A stretch of DNA of 49,547 bases from Trichomonas gallinae (taxonomy: Eukaryota), in contig MRSU01011059.1 of assembly GCA_008369845.1 (NCBI GenBank), positions 1 through 49,547 of the forward strand, given 5' to 3'. Position 1 is the first letter of the stretch. Every line of letters begins with the position of its first letter. The notes under the pieces are model-generated. The model was not told the origin of the DNA and ran no database searches. It worked only from the letters and a program-made list of their open reading frames with translations. This document shows, piece by piece, positions 22,001 to 30,656 of the stretch. The position numbers were made by a program, and so were the translations under genes.

Positions 22001-24937
22001 GAAATGCGAATCCGATGATCTTATGTTATTCAATTGTACTAAAAAAGATTTCAGCAGTTGAAGATCCATACATCTTGGGAAGAATCGATTTAATAATGAA
22101 TATCCAGTTAAAATTGAAAACAAATGGAATTCATTAGAAAATCGGGCAATGATAGAATTAAATAACTGAAAAATGATATCAGGATCAATGCCAATCTTAG
22201 AGATTTCACTTAGGAAGTTAGAGGCTATTTCTGCAGCATGTTGAGCAACCGATGATCTATTTGTTCCAATGAAGTCAAGTAAGCAATGCAAAAATAAAAA
22301 CGAACTTCCTTGAGCAAAAATTGGAGCAAAAATTGAAATCAAATGAGTGATATAGCCGTTGATCATATCAATCATATTTTTGAACTTGTAGCATTCGAAC
22401 AATAAATTCATGCAAATATTCATTGCAACAAAAACACTTTCTTCGTCAGAAAAAGTAGAATTGATTAAAATTTCGAAACAATTTTGAACTAAAATGAAAA
22501 TGTGTCTAAATTGATCTTCACTGTTTTGATTACTAAGTAATACAGCATTTAGAATATCTATCATGTTGAATCCCATGTAACCGAAACTAATGTTCATTCT
22601 ATCTAAATTAACAGGAGGAGAAATTTTTGCAATTAATGGAGTAAATCTTACGAATTCAACAATTAACTTTTTCTGCGTTTCTTCATCCAAATCCGAATAA
22701 TTACCAATGATGCCAAAGAAATCTTGTTCGTGATGTAAATCTTCCATATCTATCCATCTGTTTGGTAACAATGAAAAGTTGTGAGTGCTGAGTTTTTTGG
22801 AAAATTTAGATGTCACGAAATTCCATGCACCTTCGAAATGAAATCTAAGTCTTAGTCTGAAATGTAGCATTCCAACTATATCAAGTTCGGATGGAATATA
22901 ATCTAATAATGCATTTGTTGCTGTTACTTTTGCTGAAGGTCGAATATATTCAACAGGAATTGCTCTTAAAGTATATTTAAGATTTCTGTTTTTCTTGATT
23001 TCAAGATTAGCATGTATATCATTATCCGCATCAATCAATGCTTGTATAGCTTGCAATGCCGTGCTTTGATTTATAGTGAAAGGAAGGCCTTGGAAAATCG
23101 AGTGAACGATTGTTTTAAAGTAAAACAATAAAAGTGATCCAAAAACTCTGTTTGGAATACCAGATCCTTTCGGGGAGCCAATTCTCAAGCAAAGTAAAGT
23201 GTATCTGTATAAATTTTCTGGTATATCTATTTGAGTTTCTCTCATTTCGTTGGTTTTTGCGTATAAAATTTCCATCATTGATGCTACGAAATAAGCGAAT
23301 TCTGAATGGAAACCATTTGGATCTTTGCTTGTCACATCTCTAGGAATTAAACCGATAATGTTAATCAAAGGCAGTGAGACAACATCCTTTTGATGTGCTT
23401 CATATAACATTCTTGCCAATCCTTTAAGAATTAAAGAATTTGTTTTGAATGGAAGTAAAACTAATGAATTGACAATTTTTGTCAAAACTTTTGGTATACT
23501 TGCAAAGCCTTGCATATTAAGTTCTTGGCTTGGTTTGTATTGCATGAATAAGAAGAATTTGTAAGAAGCTTCAATCATCAAAGCCACAAGTTCCATACTG
23601 ATAGAATATATATCTAATGTTATCGTATTTTTGACAGCTTGATTTTCTGTATTAAAAATTGTCAAAAGATTTGGTAGCATGTTGATTATTATTGAATATA
23701 TAGTTTCAGACTGTCCAATGAACTGTTTCACGATTTTGTACTGTTTTTTATATCTTTTGTCGGCTTCTTCAGTGCTCGAAAAAACGTGAAAAGTTACAGA
23801 AGTAAAAAGTTTTGTATCATATTCAGAAACAAAATTACTTGAATTCAGCTGGTCGATGAAATAGATTTTCTTTGTTGTTTCAGTCAAGTTGACTCCTATT
23901 GCGTATATTCGTTCGAGCATTGACCTTAAATCGCGAATCAGTTCAACAATAAAAGGCAAAATGAGAAAATTTATTTTTAATGACGATGTAATGAAGTCTT
24001 GACTAAAAGGTGGATGAAAACTTGATTTAAAAGTATTTGCATGTAATGCTATGAGATTTAAAGTAAATGCATAGAATTCTCGACTATAAAATTTTTGAAA
24101 TATGATTAAAAGTGAATTCCAATCAAAGTATCTATTTGTTTCTGAATACTTCTTGATGGATATTTGTCTGATGATTGAAGTTACTTGTGTTATTAATGCA
24201 TTGTTTCTCAACCAAAATTCAATTGGTTTTGATGTAGTAAACTTTTCTAAAATGCTGAAGAATAAGACTATTTTCGTCGAATTATCTATGTTGCTTTGAC
24301 TGAATATGGTAAATATGAAATTTAAAAGAAATTGTTCATTAAAATTTTGGCTAACTAAAACATGGAGTAAATTCGATATATACACAAGATTATCGTATGG
24401 TATGAGTGCATCTGTAAACAAAAGAGACTCAAAATTCGATAAATAAGTAATAAGAGTATTATCTGGAATATCAAAATTAGTTTTCATTAATGATGGAAAA
24501 TTCTGTATCCAATAGTATTTTGTAGACGAATAGTAGTTTGTTTTGTATGAATTATCGGTTAAAATCTTTCCTGAATATTGAATTATCTCTTCTAGCAAGG
24601 ATTCGTAGTGTTCATTGTTTAAGTATTTCAGTTTAATCGATTGTATTATTGGATGATATAGTATTTGATCGTCATTTACTAATGAGAAAATTTGGTTGGG
24701 ATATATTTGATAATTTGTTTCGTATAATATAGCGTGCCAAATGTATATGATTGAATTATCGATATCTATATGATTATTTTTAATTTTGCACAATAAATTG
24801 ACGATTGATATCTTAATTTTCCCGAAAAAATCATTTCCATCAATAAATTTTCCAGACTGGAAGGATTGAAGTGATTCAAGGTATGATTTTAGGGCCAATT
24901 TTAATTTCTTTCTATTGCATTGCCCAAAATCATCCAT
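16088..24937 (-). CDS. Very large TRRAP/Tra1-like PIKK-family pseudokinase, highly divergent
   Basis: 2949 aa, helical solenoid-like body, FAT-like ALARILILL segment, IRISPNI (cf. PFRLTPNI), FATC-like end NELIQRSMNPNYQPAHEIPWF; no recognisable DRH/DFG catalytic motifs. Confidence 0.7.
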   Translation of the reverse strand: MDDFGQCNRKKLKLALKSYLESLQSFQSGKFIDGNDFFGKIKISIVNLLCKIKNNHIDIDNSIIYIWHAILYETNYQIYPNQIFSLVNDDQILYHPIIQSIKLKYLNNEHYESLLEEIIQYSGKILTDNSYKTNYYSSTKYYWIQNFPSLMKTNFDIPDNTLITYLSNFESLLFTDALIPYDNLVYISNLLHVLVSQNFNEQFLLNFIFTIFSQSNIDNSTKIVLFFSILEKFTTSKPIEFWLRNNALITQVTSIIRQISIKKYSETNRYFDWNSLLIIFQKFYSREFYAFTLNLIALHANTFKSSFHPPFSQDFITSSLKINFLILPFIVELIRDLRSMLERIYAIGVNLTETTKKIYFIDQLNSSNFVSEYDTKLFTSVTFHVFSSTEEADKRYKKQYKIVKQFIGQSETIYSIIINMLPNLLTIFNTENQAVKNTITLDIYSISMELVALMIEASYKFFLFMQYKPSQELNMQGFASIPKVLTKIVNSLVLLPFKTNSLILKGLARMLYEAHQKDVVSLPLINIIGLIPRDVTSKDPNGFHSEFAYFVASMMEILYAKTNEMRETQIDIPENLYRYTLLCLRIGSPKGSGIPNRVFGSLLLFYFKTIVHSIFQGLPFTINQSTALQAIQALIDADNDIHANLEIKKNRNLKYTLRAIPVEYIRPSAKVTATNALLDYIPSELDIVGMLHFRLRLRFHFEGAWNFVTSKFSKKLSTHNFSLLPNRWIDMEDLHHEQDFFGIIGNYSDLDEETQKKLIVEFVRFTPLIAKISPPVNLDRMNISFGYMGFNMIDILNAVLLSNQNSEDQFRHIFILVQNCFEILINSTFSDEESVFVAMNICMNLLFECYKFKNMIDMINGYITHLISIFAPIFAQGSSFLFLHCLLDFIGTNRSSVAQHAAEIASNFLSEISKIGIDPDIIFQLFNSIIARFSNEFHLFSILTGYSLLNRFFPRCMDLQLLKSFLVQLNNIRSSDSHFISVLEIFLSNYLSNLTHNEKIEYVMLLFEITCPLSTPIRTILIRSCFDLNVVVPIKSFKEINSDSPVIFMQKVTLICSIKAEFAIETVPNISSRIVEFVSKKPENMNPLEHFSRCVQFLWAALKTNQALISVLMMNEFLITQFMNIICYALASHFAPLVKLCKEIIIMVKNANLSSISKSITEFCWNPEKIFQPFGGVERITFYRRLTRITPEDCSISIIDIFTNAILEYNNMPTIDKIKYLPNMVQFIKTFGVEKLMNVGIFHSKVSKVIEGSSPLYKILSTCVNISSDPEIPFLSLALKSLVKMTRNFPTETINYLCFSSFTSEDSIFFIALIIENDKSFELLNELIRLILSMSDSHIINVHPFVFRILTKFEMMNENVQNGESLIKKLFNIFYMQCSDDSKVNDYTYAQMFEILLCMISIIKYMNNIEQIIDFAKIFEIPFFSRSYLYFKFINEVIKSQCSESKHKIIKYVIEHIDNLPQSTSELFISHCIGKDLFDTIDLLFDIIDNHSLSNTNYDKVFIHAIYRLLKVKIPSDEKIKSLILNQIQRSITSQDGSVFIYSLKISTILLKNNKLSCSLFNQICCLILSFTKFMADPFLNHVVKFIKLGKNFLYENISQISLKLCFHFRDRNMPIPQLICLGNFFIKLPFLLEFLPFSYHLFILSIFDEKIKVYKSPAEISDLCFHIGEFFTSVETEIEIYQLFVDKSITFILYMMKIFKINLFDVELIHELFKSIIEKRNVVKLQPFFVNEISETNLNHYTFGLVVLATVFMDEHQIIKSKPIIISTLRYIVNQNFVVNRFLYESLITSICRYQNAFNEFKVLIFELLDYILENLTIDSMPVLTITLKTLKMMTEFKSKPIFNELHAKKIAQKLNDNPFHPSSVFIVRTAIDLLEFDMYYTQIEFIQGIVHLAEGNEKSVYAYAEVFAKFPYSDKISQTAKDIFISNFPIIIQGVDSSVISNVIKLMKPEQISNEFDIKMHFILAKRTDPTTCIQELDYIRKRIPENICDALLYLSDILPVEFWGNQFIPIIAGIICPKDKNWYPIFALSSCYDSFPSDLLTPILINTFDESKIINYQTIFQKLIQNRNNLKLKNAIESFLNLFRIKNIPFPAENFLVAEKLTNSFSFDIISKLQQFDMQNLTPHPIDWTNFSILQEKLPTDENVILSLYALGNFESAINCFTGGEYNEMFLKIYDDCKINAEINLENILCNSLLFSEQAVDKIVLADRYLEEGRVDDVLSCVDECYFMLNKLYAKHHNQLKKYDIEKLLLACNILSIMKNKAKSLPLLEIPDYPQVFNFYWDKFLKSFYAKYKGTKFAKLNSTGGEVVFFVDKQFESDFDDVICLSSRRLIGIGVDQINLYFNRMDAKITNNEEITPKEMMRFAHFSYHFFISSPSFWSFKVTYTSYYHILKSTIDQSSKQVALARILILLKFASRSDEVYLYQGLVTELSSIFDVENESILFRYISELVEISKTDWIFEIVNKIFQTVTRRAILYSRICNHPRLKDLEAKSQSVDNASLMVMSTTAENIEVTFQILLHENYLPVHYIIRFAREISKLPKEQFEQINWEESRKNYSIAQNYYNNIPRKIIEKIDLHHLHEISSDIHSLFVYLDGIFGNATEMKQKISSLIADFNKYLPFVFTDQDMKSIVNIIRVYDDIHCIYPDLFVINFTSSLGEFNTLAVQRHDVDQTISMPSFLSIVNCIHDIFNRNYATSTATISIRQPQNIEFNERFSGFPFFREYISLRNLFLSSTGETIEDWVEQNIDQNGLNSYGGNSIENFDTNCLHDQIMRKAYFANNLPVRNTLLRYFCGFSFIREIFDIQYLSLSHFIIDSKSFQFAFVFNDFRNIKTTDESSIRISPNIANAFVSHFTGEVILSLSACSSAIINELESFRSFSELYFSHICENSSEVISRISLLEEKLIKLCAPQSSESTKEECVSWYTDMNELIQRSMNPNYQPAHEIPWF

Positions 24938-24998
24938 AGTTATAATTATTTAGGGTCTTCTAAAATTAAAAAGGGGTAGATTTTAAGGTATCCGATAT

Positions 24999-25030
24999 TT
25001 TACATGTCATATTTTTTACTTTACATGGAA
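24999..25030. promoter_or_regulatory. Two TTTACATGNCA-type motifs upstream of the PIKK-like gene
   Basis: tttacatgtca at 24999-25009 and tttacatggaa at 25020-25030, 60-95 bp upstream of ATG 24937. Confidence 0.5.
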
Positions 25031-25405
25031 AAATTTTGTTCGGATAAATTTGAAGCTTGTAACATATAAATAAGAAAGAGATTCAGACAAATAATACACT
25101 GGTCAAAATAGAGAGAAAAGAATTCACGATTTATCATGAATAAAAATAAAAAGTTTATTTTCCTTCTCTATAAAAGGACTCTGCTTGAGTAAGAATCCAC
25201 TATAACCCATAGCTAATCTTTTCATATAAATCATCTTCAAATATTGAAAAATTTCAATTCATGAAAAATCTTTGATAAAAATTTGCTGATGCTTTTAATA
25301 TATATAATAACTACAATATTTTCTATTATATCTCAAAGAAAAAGGAGGATTAGACTAAAATATATTTTATTCATTAGATTTATCACTATTGATTGATTTA
25401 AAGTT

Positions 25406-26554
25406 TTAAACCAACTCGAAAGGTAAGTTGATTTTGTTATTCTTCATAATTTCGAGAGAATCTTGAACACCTTGCATAGCTTCATAAGGTCCGACGCCGA
25501 GGACTCTGTATGTATCAAGAAGCTGGCTCATAAGTAATTCTCTTGGTGAAGCATTCTTATCCCAGAAAGTAAGCTTTTCTTTGAAAGTCATTGAAGCAGG
25601 ATCAACACCCTTAATTTGGCAAAGAAGCTCAAATACTGGGCCTCTCATTGTTGTAAGACCGTATTCTGCAGAGTTTGGTAAAACTGTTTCGATATTTTCT
25701 TTCTCTTTCTTTGAGAATAATGGCCAGAAGTTTCTGGACAACCAATATGCCATACCAGAGTTGAGAGGCATCATCTCGTTGAGATAGCTTCTGAATTTCT
25801 CATATAATTCTGATTTATGTTTCTTATTTCTCAAGTTCCTCTGAGATTCGGCAACATTGGAAGCCTTATTCTTCGACTTATCTTGTAATTCTTTTTCGGC
25901 GTTTGGATATCTCTTGAGTGCATTGATATAAGATTTCATCAAAGCAGAGGCGTCAAAACCAGCATAAAGAACCTGTTGGGTTGTTAAAACATCAGCTTGC
26001 CAATTGGAGCATGTGACATTCTTATCCTTAAACTCAATGCTTGAGTTCTTGTAAAATTCGACAACCATTGCATCGAAATTAGATGAGAAACCGTTAGGTT
26101 GTAAATAAAGCTTCTCAAAATCTAACATGTCAATATTGAAATCTGGACCGAATTTCTGCTGCATCTTAACTTTATCATTCTTGCAGCCCTTGGCAATGAA
26201 TTTATGCGACATTAAGAACTTCTTCAGGATCTCATTGCCTGCCAAATCAGCAGGATGCCTAAGAACAACAATTCTGCCTGGTGTAGACATCTGAAATACA
26301 GATGCTGGGTATTCGCCTCTTGTTTTATCGAAGTTTGGCTTCCATTCTAGGTCGATTGCAATTCTTTCAGTACCATTATCGAGCCATTGAAGCGCTTTCT
26401 CGAAACCAGGATGATCAACACTTTCTAATACGAGTGTGTCGAATTCTCCTGGGAAATATTCGACTTCAGCAACACTCCCTACCTGCCAGAGAACATGCGG
26501 CTCTGTCAGCATCACTTCTTTGGTAACTTTACGAGTACTTACTGGATAACTCAT
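25406..26554 (-). CDS. DEDDy 3'-5' exonuclease (WRN/EXD2/RNase D-like)
   Basis: Exo I IAIDLEWKP, Exo II KGCKND, Exo III SNW..LTTQQVLYAGFDA all intact; Inr-like TCACTT upstream (26592-26597, minus). Confidence 0.9.
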   Translation of the reverse strand: MSYPVSTRKVTKEVMLTEPHVLWQVGSVAEVEYFPGEFDTLVLESVDHPGFEKALQWLDNGTERIAIDLEWKPNFDKTRGEYPASVFQMSTPGRIVVLRHPADLAGNEILKKFLMSHKFIAKGCKNDKVKMQQKFGPDFNIDMLDFEKLYLQPNGFSSNFDAMVVEFYKNSSIEFKDKNVTCSNWQADVLTTQQVLYAGFDASALMKSYINALKRYPNAEKELQDKSKNKASNVAESQRNLRNKKHKSELYEKFRSYLNEMMPLNSGMAYWLSRNFWPLFSKKEKENIETVLPNSAEYGLTTMRGPVFELLCQIKGVDPASMTFKEKLTFWDKNASPRELLMSQLLDTYRVLGVGPYEAMQGVQDSLEIMKNNKINLPFELV

Positions 26555-26673
26555 TATTTTCTAATAATCGTCTTTTTATTGTTTTTAATGAAAGTGACAG
26601 AAAACTGACACATCACTTCATTTTTGTCACATTTTCATGATTTGTCAGATTTTTATTCTCAGATTTGTCAAAA

Positions 26674-27527
26674 ATGTTCTCTCTCATTTGTGGCAATTTG
26701 TATGGCAACTGCATCCAATTTGAACCAATCACAATTGGCGAGATCACAGCATATTCTATTGAAAAAATGCGATATGTACATTACGCGGCCAATTTATCAG
26801 ATCCAATTGATTTTCGAAAAATTGGCCGACCTGTTAACAATCAGTATTCATTTGAAAAAAATATTAGATGATTTTGCAAATAATCTCAAATTCAACACAT
26901 TACAAAGATAATATGACAATAATTCTTGGTAGATTAGAATCTACTGATTCACCCCAAGTTTTGCTTTCTACGATTTTCAAAAAGCTATTAATGAATATAT
27001 GGACACATTGTCTGTAGAAGAAAGGGTAAAAATTGAAGATGATAGTGAAGCAAAAGCGCTTTGAAATGCTGGTTATGGAGATGCCCAGCATATCGATGTA
27101 GATTCCTATTATTTGTTAAAAGCATTCGAGGAAGCAAAAATTTGCATTCATCAATTCATCAACTGCTTTAATTCGAAATATTACTATTCTCTTGCCTGAT
27201 GTCGTTAGTAATATAGCGAATTTACCGGATTACTTCGATAACATAGTAATTGCAGGTGTTCTTAATTATATCTACAATTGCTTATTCGTTGATTTAGGAA
27301 ATAACATTTATGCTCTCGATTTCATGTTTCACATAACAATTATTTTACTCATAATACTAACTTTCATCACTCTATATCGGAGAAAGGAAATGGCCTCACG
27401 ATTACTCCTCGATAAAATTAATCCTGGCTACAAAGCTCACATGCACATTCACCAGGAAGAATGCCTTGACAATGACACAAACATCCTGACCACATTCAAA
27501 GATAAACTATTCTATGAAATTCAATAG
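26674..27527 (+). pseudogene. Frameshifted/stop-interrupted gene, probably a single-pass membrane protein
   Basis: AAAATG start at 26674 (MFSLICG...). Protein-like segments continue across frames (FYDFQKAINEYMDTLSVEERVKIEDDSEAKAL*NAGYGDAQH...) and end in the 27192-27527 ORF with a TM segment (FMFHITIILLIILTFITLY) followed by RRK. Confidence 0.5.
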
Positions 27528-28384
27528 ATTTATTCTATATGATTTTTTGAACTTGATAATTTAATGTTTATTAACTGCTGTTCCGTAAATTTTTAAAGAT
27601 CTTCAAAATTCTACAGGTGTTTTTGCGTGAGAATTAATAATAAAACATTAATCTGTGTTCATTCAACCAAAATCATCTATTTCAGCATGATTATGACGCA
27701 TATAGTATTATAAACATGTACATTATTGTATGCTTAGTTTTATATATTTCAATTCACTATTTTTAAGTTGTCCGCCTAAAAATGATTGATTTGGCCATTC
27801 CGGTAATTTAAATAAGATAATAAAATCCAAGACCGATGCATAGCATACATCAATATGATAAACTATGAGTGAGATGATATAAAATTGTAATCGTGTTGTT
27901 TGAAATTGCAAATATATGATTTCTGCATATTTATTTATATCTTTATAATATATTCTATGGATTTGGATAAATTGAGAACTTTTGAATATCATATAAATTC
28001 AATTTTTTTCCCTTTTCGTATTTCTGCTATTTATGTCATATTCTCAAACAAGTTTCGCTGAAGTAAAATGTCATCTTAACGTGCTTCGGAAGTATTCAAT
28101 CCGATTTTTGATTTTTTCCGTAAAAACATGCACTTTAATGGCATTAATAGATATGGTTTACGTTCAATCAATTCTCACAATTATTTAAAAAGCTCAGTTA
28201 ACATTGATCTAATTCAAATCAAATATTAATAGATACGTTTTATTTCAATAAGTTCAATCAATTCTCTCAATCTTCCACTCAAAAAATTCTATTGTATTCA
28301 AATCAAATACCCTTTATTTCCAGATATATTATCGAATAATTTTATTTACAATCGTTGTTTTTCTTCTCAAAATTATCAAAAATT

Positions 28385-29317
28385 ATGAGTGAAATTGTTC
28401 TAAGTATTCTGCAGGAACACGACTACAATTTCATTGGCTATATCAATAAGGGTGGGTTCGGGTGCTGTTATCTAGTAAGATCACTAAAATATGAGCTTAA
28501 TTTCGTGTGCAAAGTTGTTCCTGATGATGATTATGACAAAAGTTTCCTTTTGTCATATAAACGCGAAGTAGAGGCACTGCCAAAGCTCAATCACCCAAAT
28601 ATAGTAAGGGTTTACGATGTTTTCACATCCGCAAATTTTTTATTCATTATTCTTGAGTACTGCAGTGGTGGAAATCTGCAATCAATAGTCGAAAAATCTG
28701 CAAACGGTATTGACTTTCATAGAGTTACTAAATACGCGGTTGAAATTATTGATGCACTTGGTTACATGCACTCGAAAGGGTATGCGCATTGCGATATCAA
28801 ACCATCCAACATCCTAATTGATGAATTCGGAAGAGCAAAACTCGCAGACTTTGGTCTTTCGCATTTTGTTGATTTGAAAATTAAAAGCACAACAAATTCT
28901 CATGGTGGTTCCCTTTGCTTCATGTCACCTGAACTCTTACTCAACAAATCCAATAACCCATTTAAAGCAGATATTTGGGCTCTAGGAGTTACGCTTTATA
29001 TATTAAATACTTCAAGGTTCCCGTTCAAGGGCAAGAACATGAATACGCTGCTCAGAGAGATAGAATTTGGTCCACAACAAATACCAAATATTCCCGAGGA
29101 ATTGTGGAATGTGATCGATGCATGTCTACAAATTGAACCAGAAAGCAGAAAATCTTGCTTGGAATTGAGAGAAATACTTGTTAAAAGACCAAATGCCGAG
29201 TTATCAATGTCATATCCAATGCCTAGAAGAACAAGACATTTCTCCATTTTCTCCAAGCAGCCTATTATATTGCAGCCGTTCAAGATGAGAAGGACCTCAT
29301 GCTCATCTGTATATTGA
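28385..29317 (+). CDS. Ser/Thr protein kinase (CAMK-like expanded family)
   Basis: GGFG loop, VCK, HCDIKPSN, DFG, SPE, DIWALG; start moved to ATG 28385. Confidence 0.93.
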   Translation: MSEIVLSILQEHDYNFIGYINKGGFGCCYLVRSLKYELNFVCKVVPDDDYDKSFLLSYKREVEALPKLNHPNIVRVYDVFTSANFLFIILEYCSGGNLQSIVEKSANGIDFHRVTKYAVEIIDALGYMHSKGYAHCDIKPSNILIDEFGRAKLADFGLSHFVDLKIKSTTNSHGGSLCFMSPELLLNKSNNPFKADIWALGVTLYILNTSRFPFKGKNMNTLLREIEFGPQQIPNIPEELWNVIDACLQIEPESRKSCLELREILVKRPNAELSMSYPMPRRTRHFSIFSKQPIILQPFKMRRTSCSSVY

Positions 29318-30656
29318 TTTGTTTTGTTTGTATTTTATTTATTAGATAAATAGTTATGTAATTGACATTTTTTATGTATGCCATTCAGTAAACATAGCTA
29401 TAAATAACCAAAGTTTAGAACTAAAATAGTTCAACTATGATGAAAAACTATATTCATTATGAATATTTCTCTTGTTTCAAGTGTTTATATTAGACACCGT
29501 GATTTATATAGCAATTTATATCAATTTTTATACAGGATTAAATCAGAACCGCCTCTATTGCGTCCATATATAGCTATCGTTCTAATTATATCATTATTTT
29601 AATAAAATGTTGCATAGCATGATAAACTACTGTGTTTCACTAGATATTCTGCTCATATAATATGTATATTTTTCCAAAAAAAGTGGAATTCATGAAATTT
29701 ACTCATCAAAATGAGCAATTTTGCAAGTAATAAAACATTTTATTGTGGGAAATTATACAGATATTCTATAACATTTACAACTTTTTTGAATATATATTTA
29801 TGAAAATATATTCAATATAACCGAGCTAGAAACAGTATTTATTATAATCATTAAGCTATCAGGTATTAATTGATTCTATCCAATAAACAGTTTCATATAG
29901 TCACTATTACTGATATTCGATACAATATTGCTAAAGTAGATCTTGAAAAACGTTATAATTAAGCGGTAACATGTATCAAAATAGGATAAATCATACGTTT
30001 ATGAACTGTTGAATTAAGTTATATTAAAACTGAATGAAATCTTACTAACATTGAATTATTTGACAAATAAATATTTACACGACATAATGATTTTAATCAT
30101 AAATTTCCAAAATTATGCAAATATTTAATTCAGTGAGCTATGCTGTATCCAATTTTCAACAAAAAGCGTCAATAAAATTTTTTGTTTTTTACAGGCTTCT
30201 TCATAAATCTAATTATATCGATCACTATTCAAATACCAATATTTACACGCATTTTATGAAATATTAATCATAACAAAACAGTCCAAAAACGTAGAAAACA
30301 AGTCCAAATGTTCTGAATCATTGCTATGCAATTGAATTGAAACCTGTAATTTATTTTATCTAACTACTTTATCATTTTCTTACGTATTTATCATTCTCAG
30401 AGTCCACTTGAGTTGTTATTACTTTTTTTCCAATTTTCACTTTCAAAACTCAAAAAATTCTAGTATCATTCCACGCATATTTTGGAGCTGCACATGTTGA
30501 TCATATATTCAATGCTATTTCAATTAACACAATTTTGCAATTTTCTGAACACGTTTGTTTATTGTTTATAACACGTTAGCTCAAAATCTACACATTATAG
30601 ATGACACAGAACCATTACAAAATTTGCGTTTTTCAGTGATTATTTGATAAATTATA

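Noticed and set aside
4659..24937. Functional cluster of prefoldin, PIH1-like and PIKK genes (R2TP/prefoldin pathway)
   Set aside because: PFDN5 belongs to canonical prefoldin, not the R2TP-associated complex; the genes are interspersed with unrelated ones; no evidence beyond proximity
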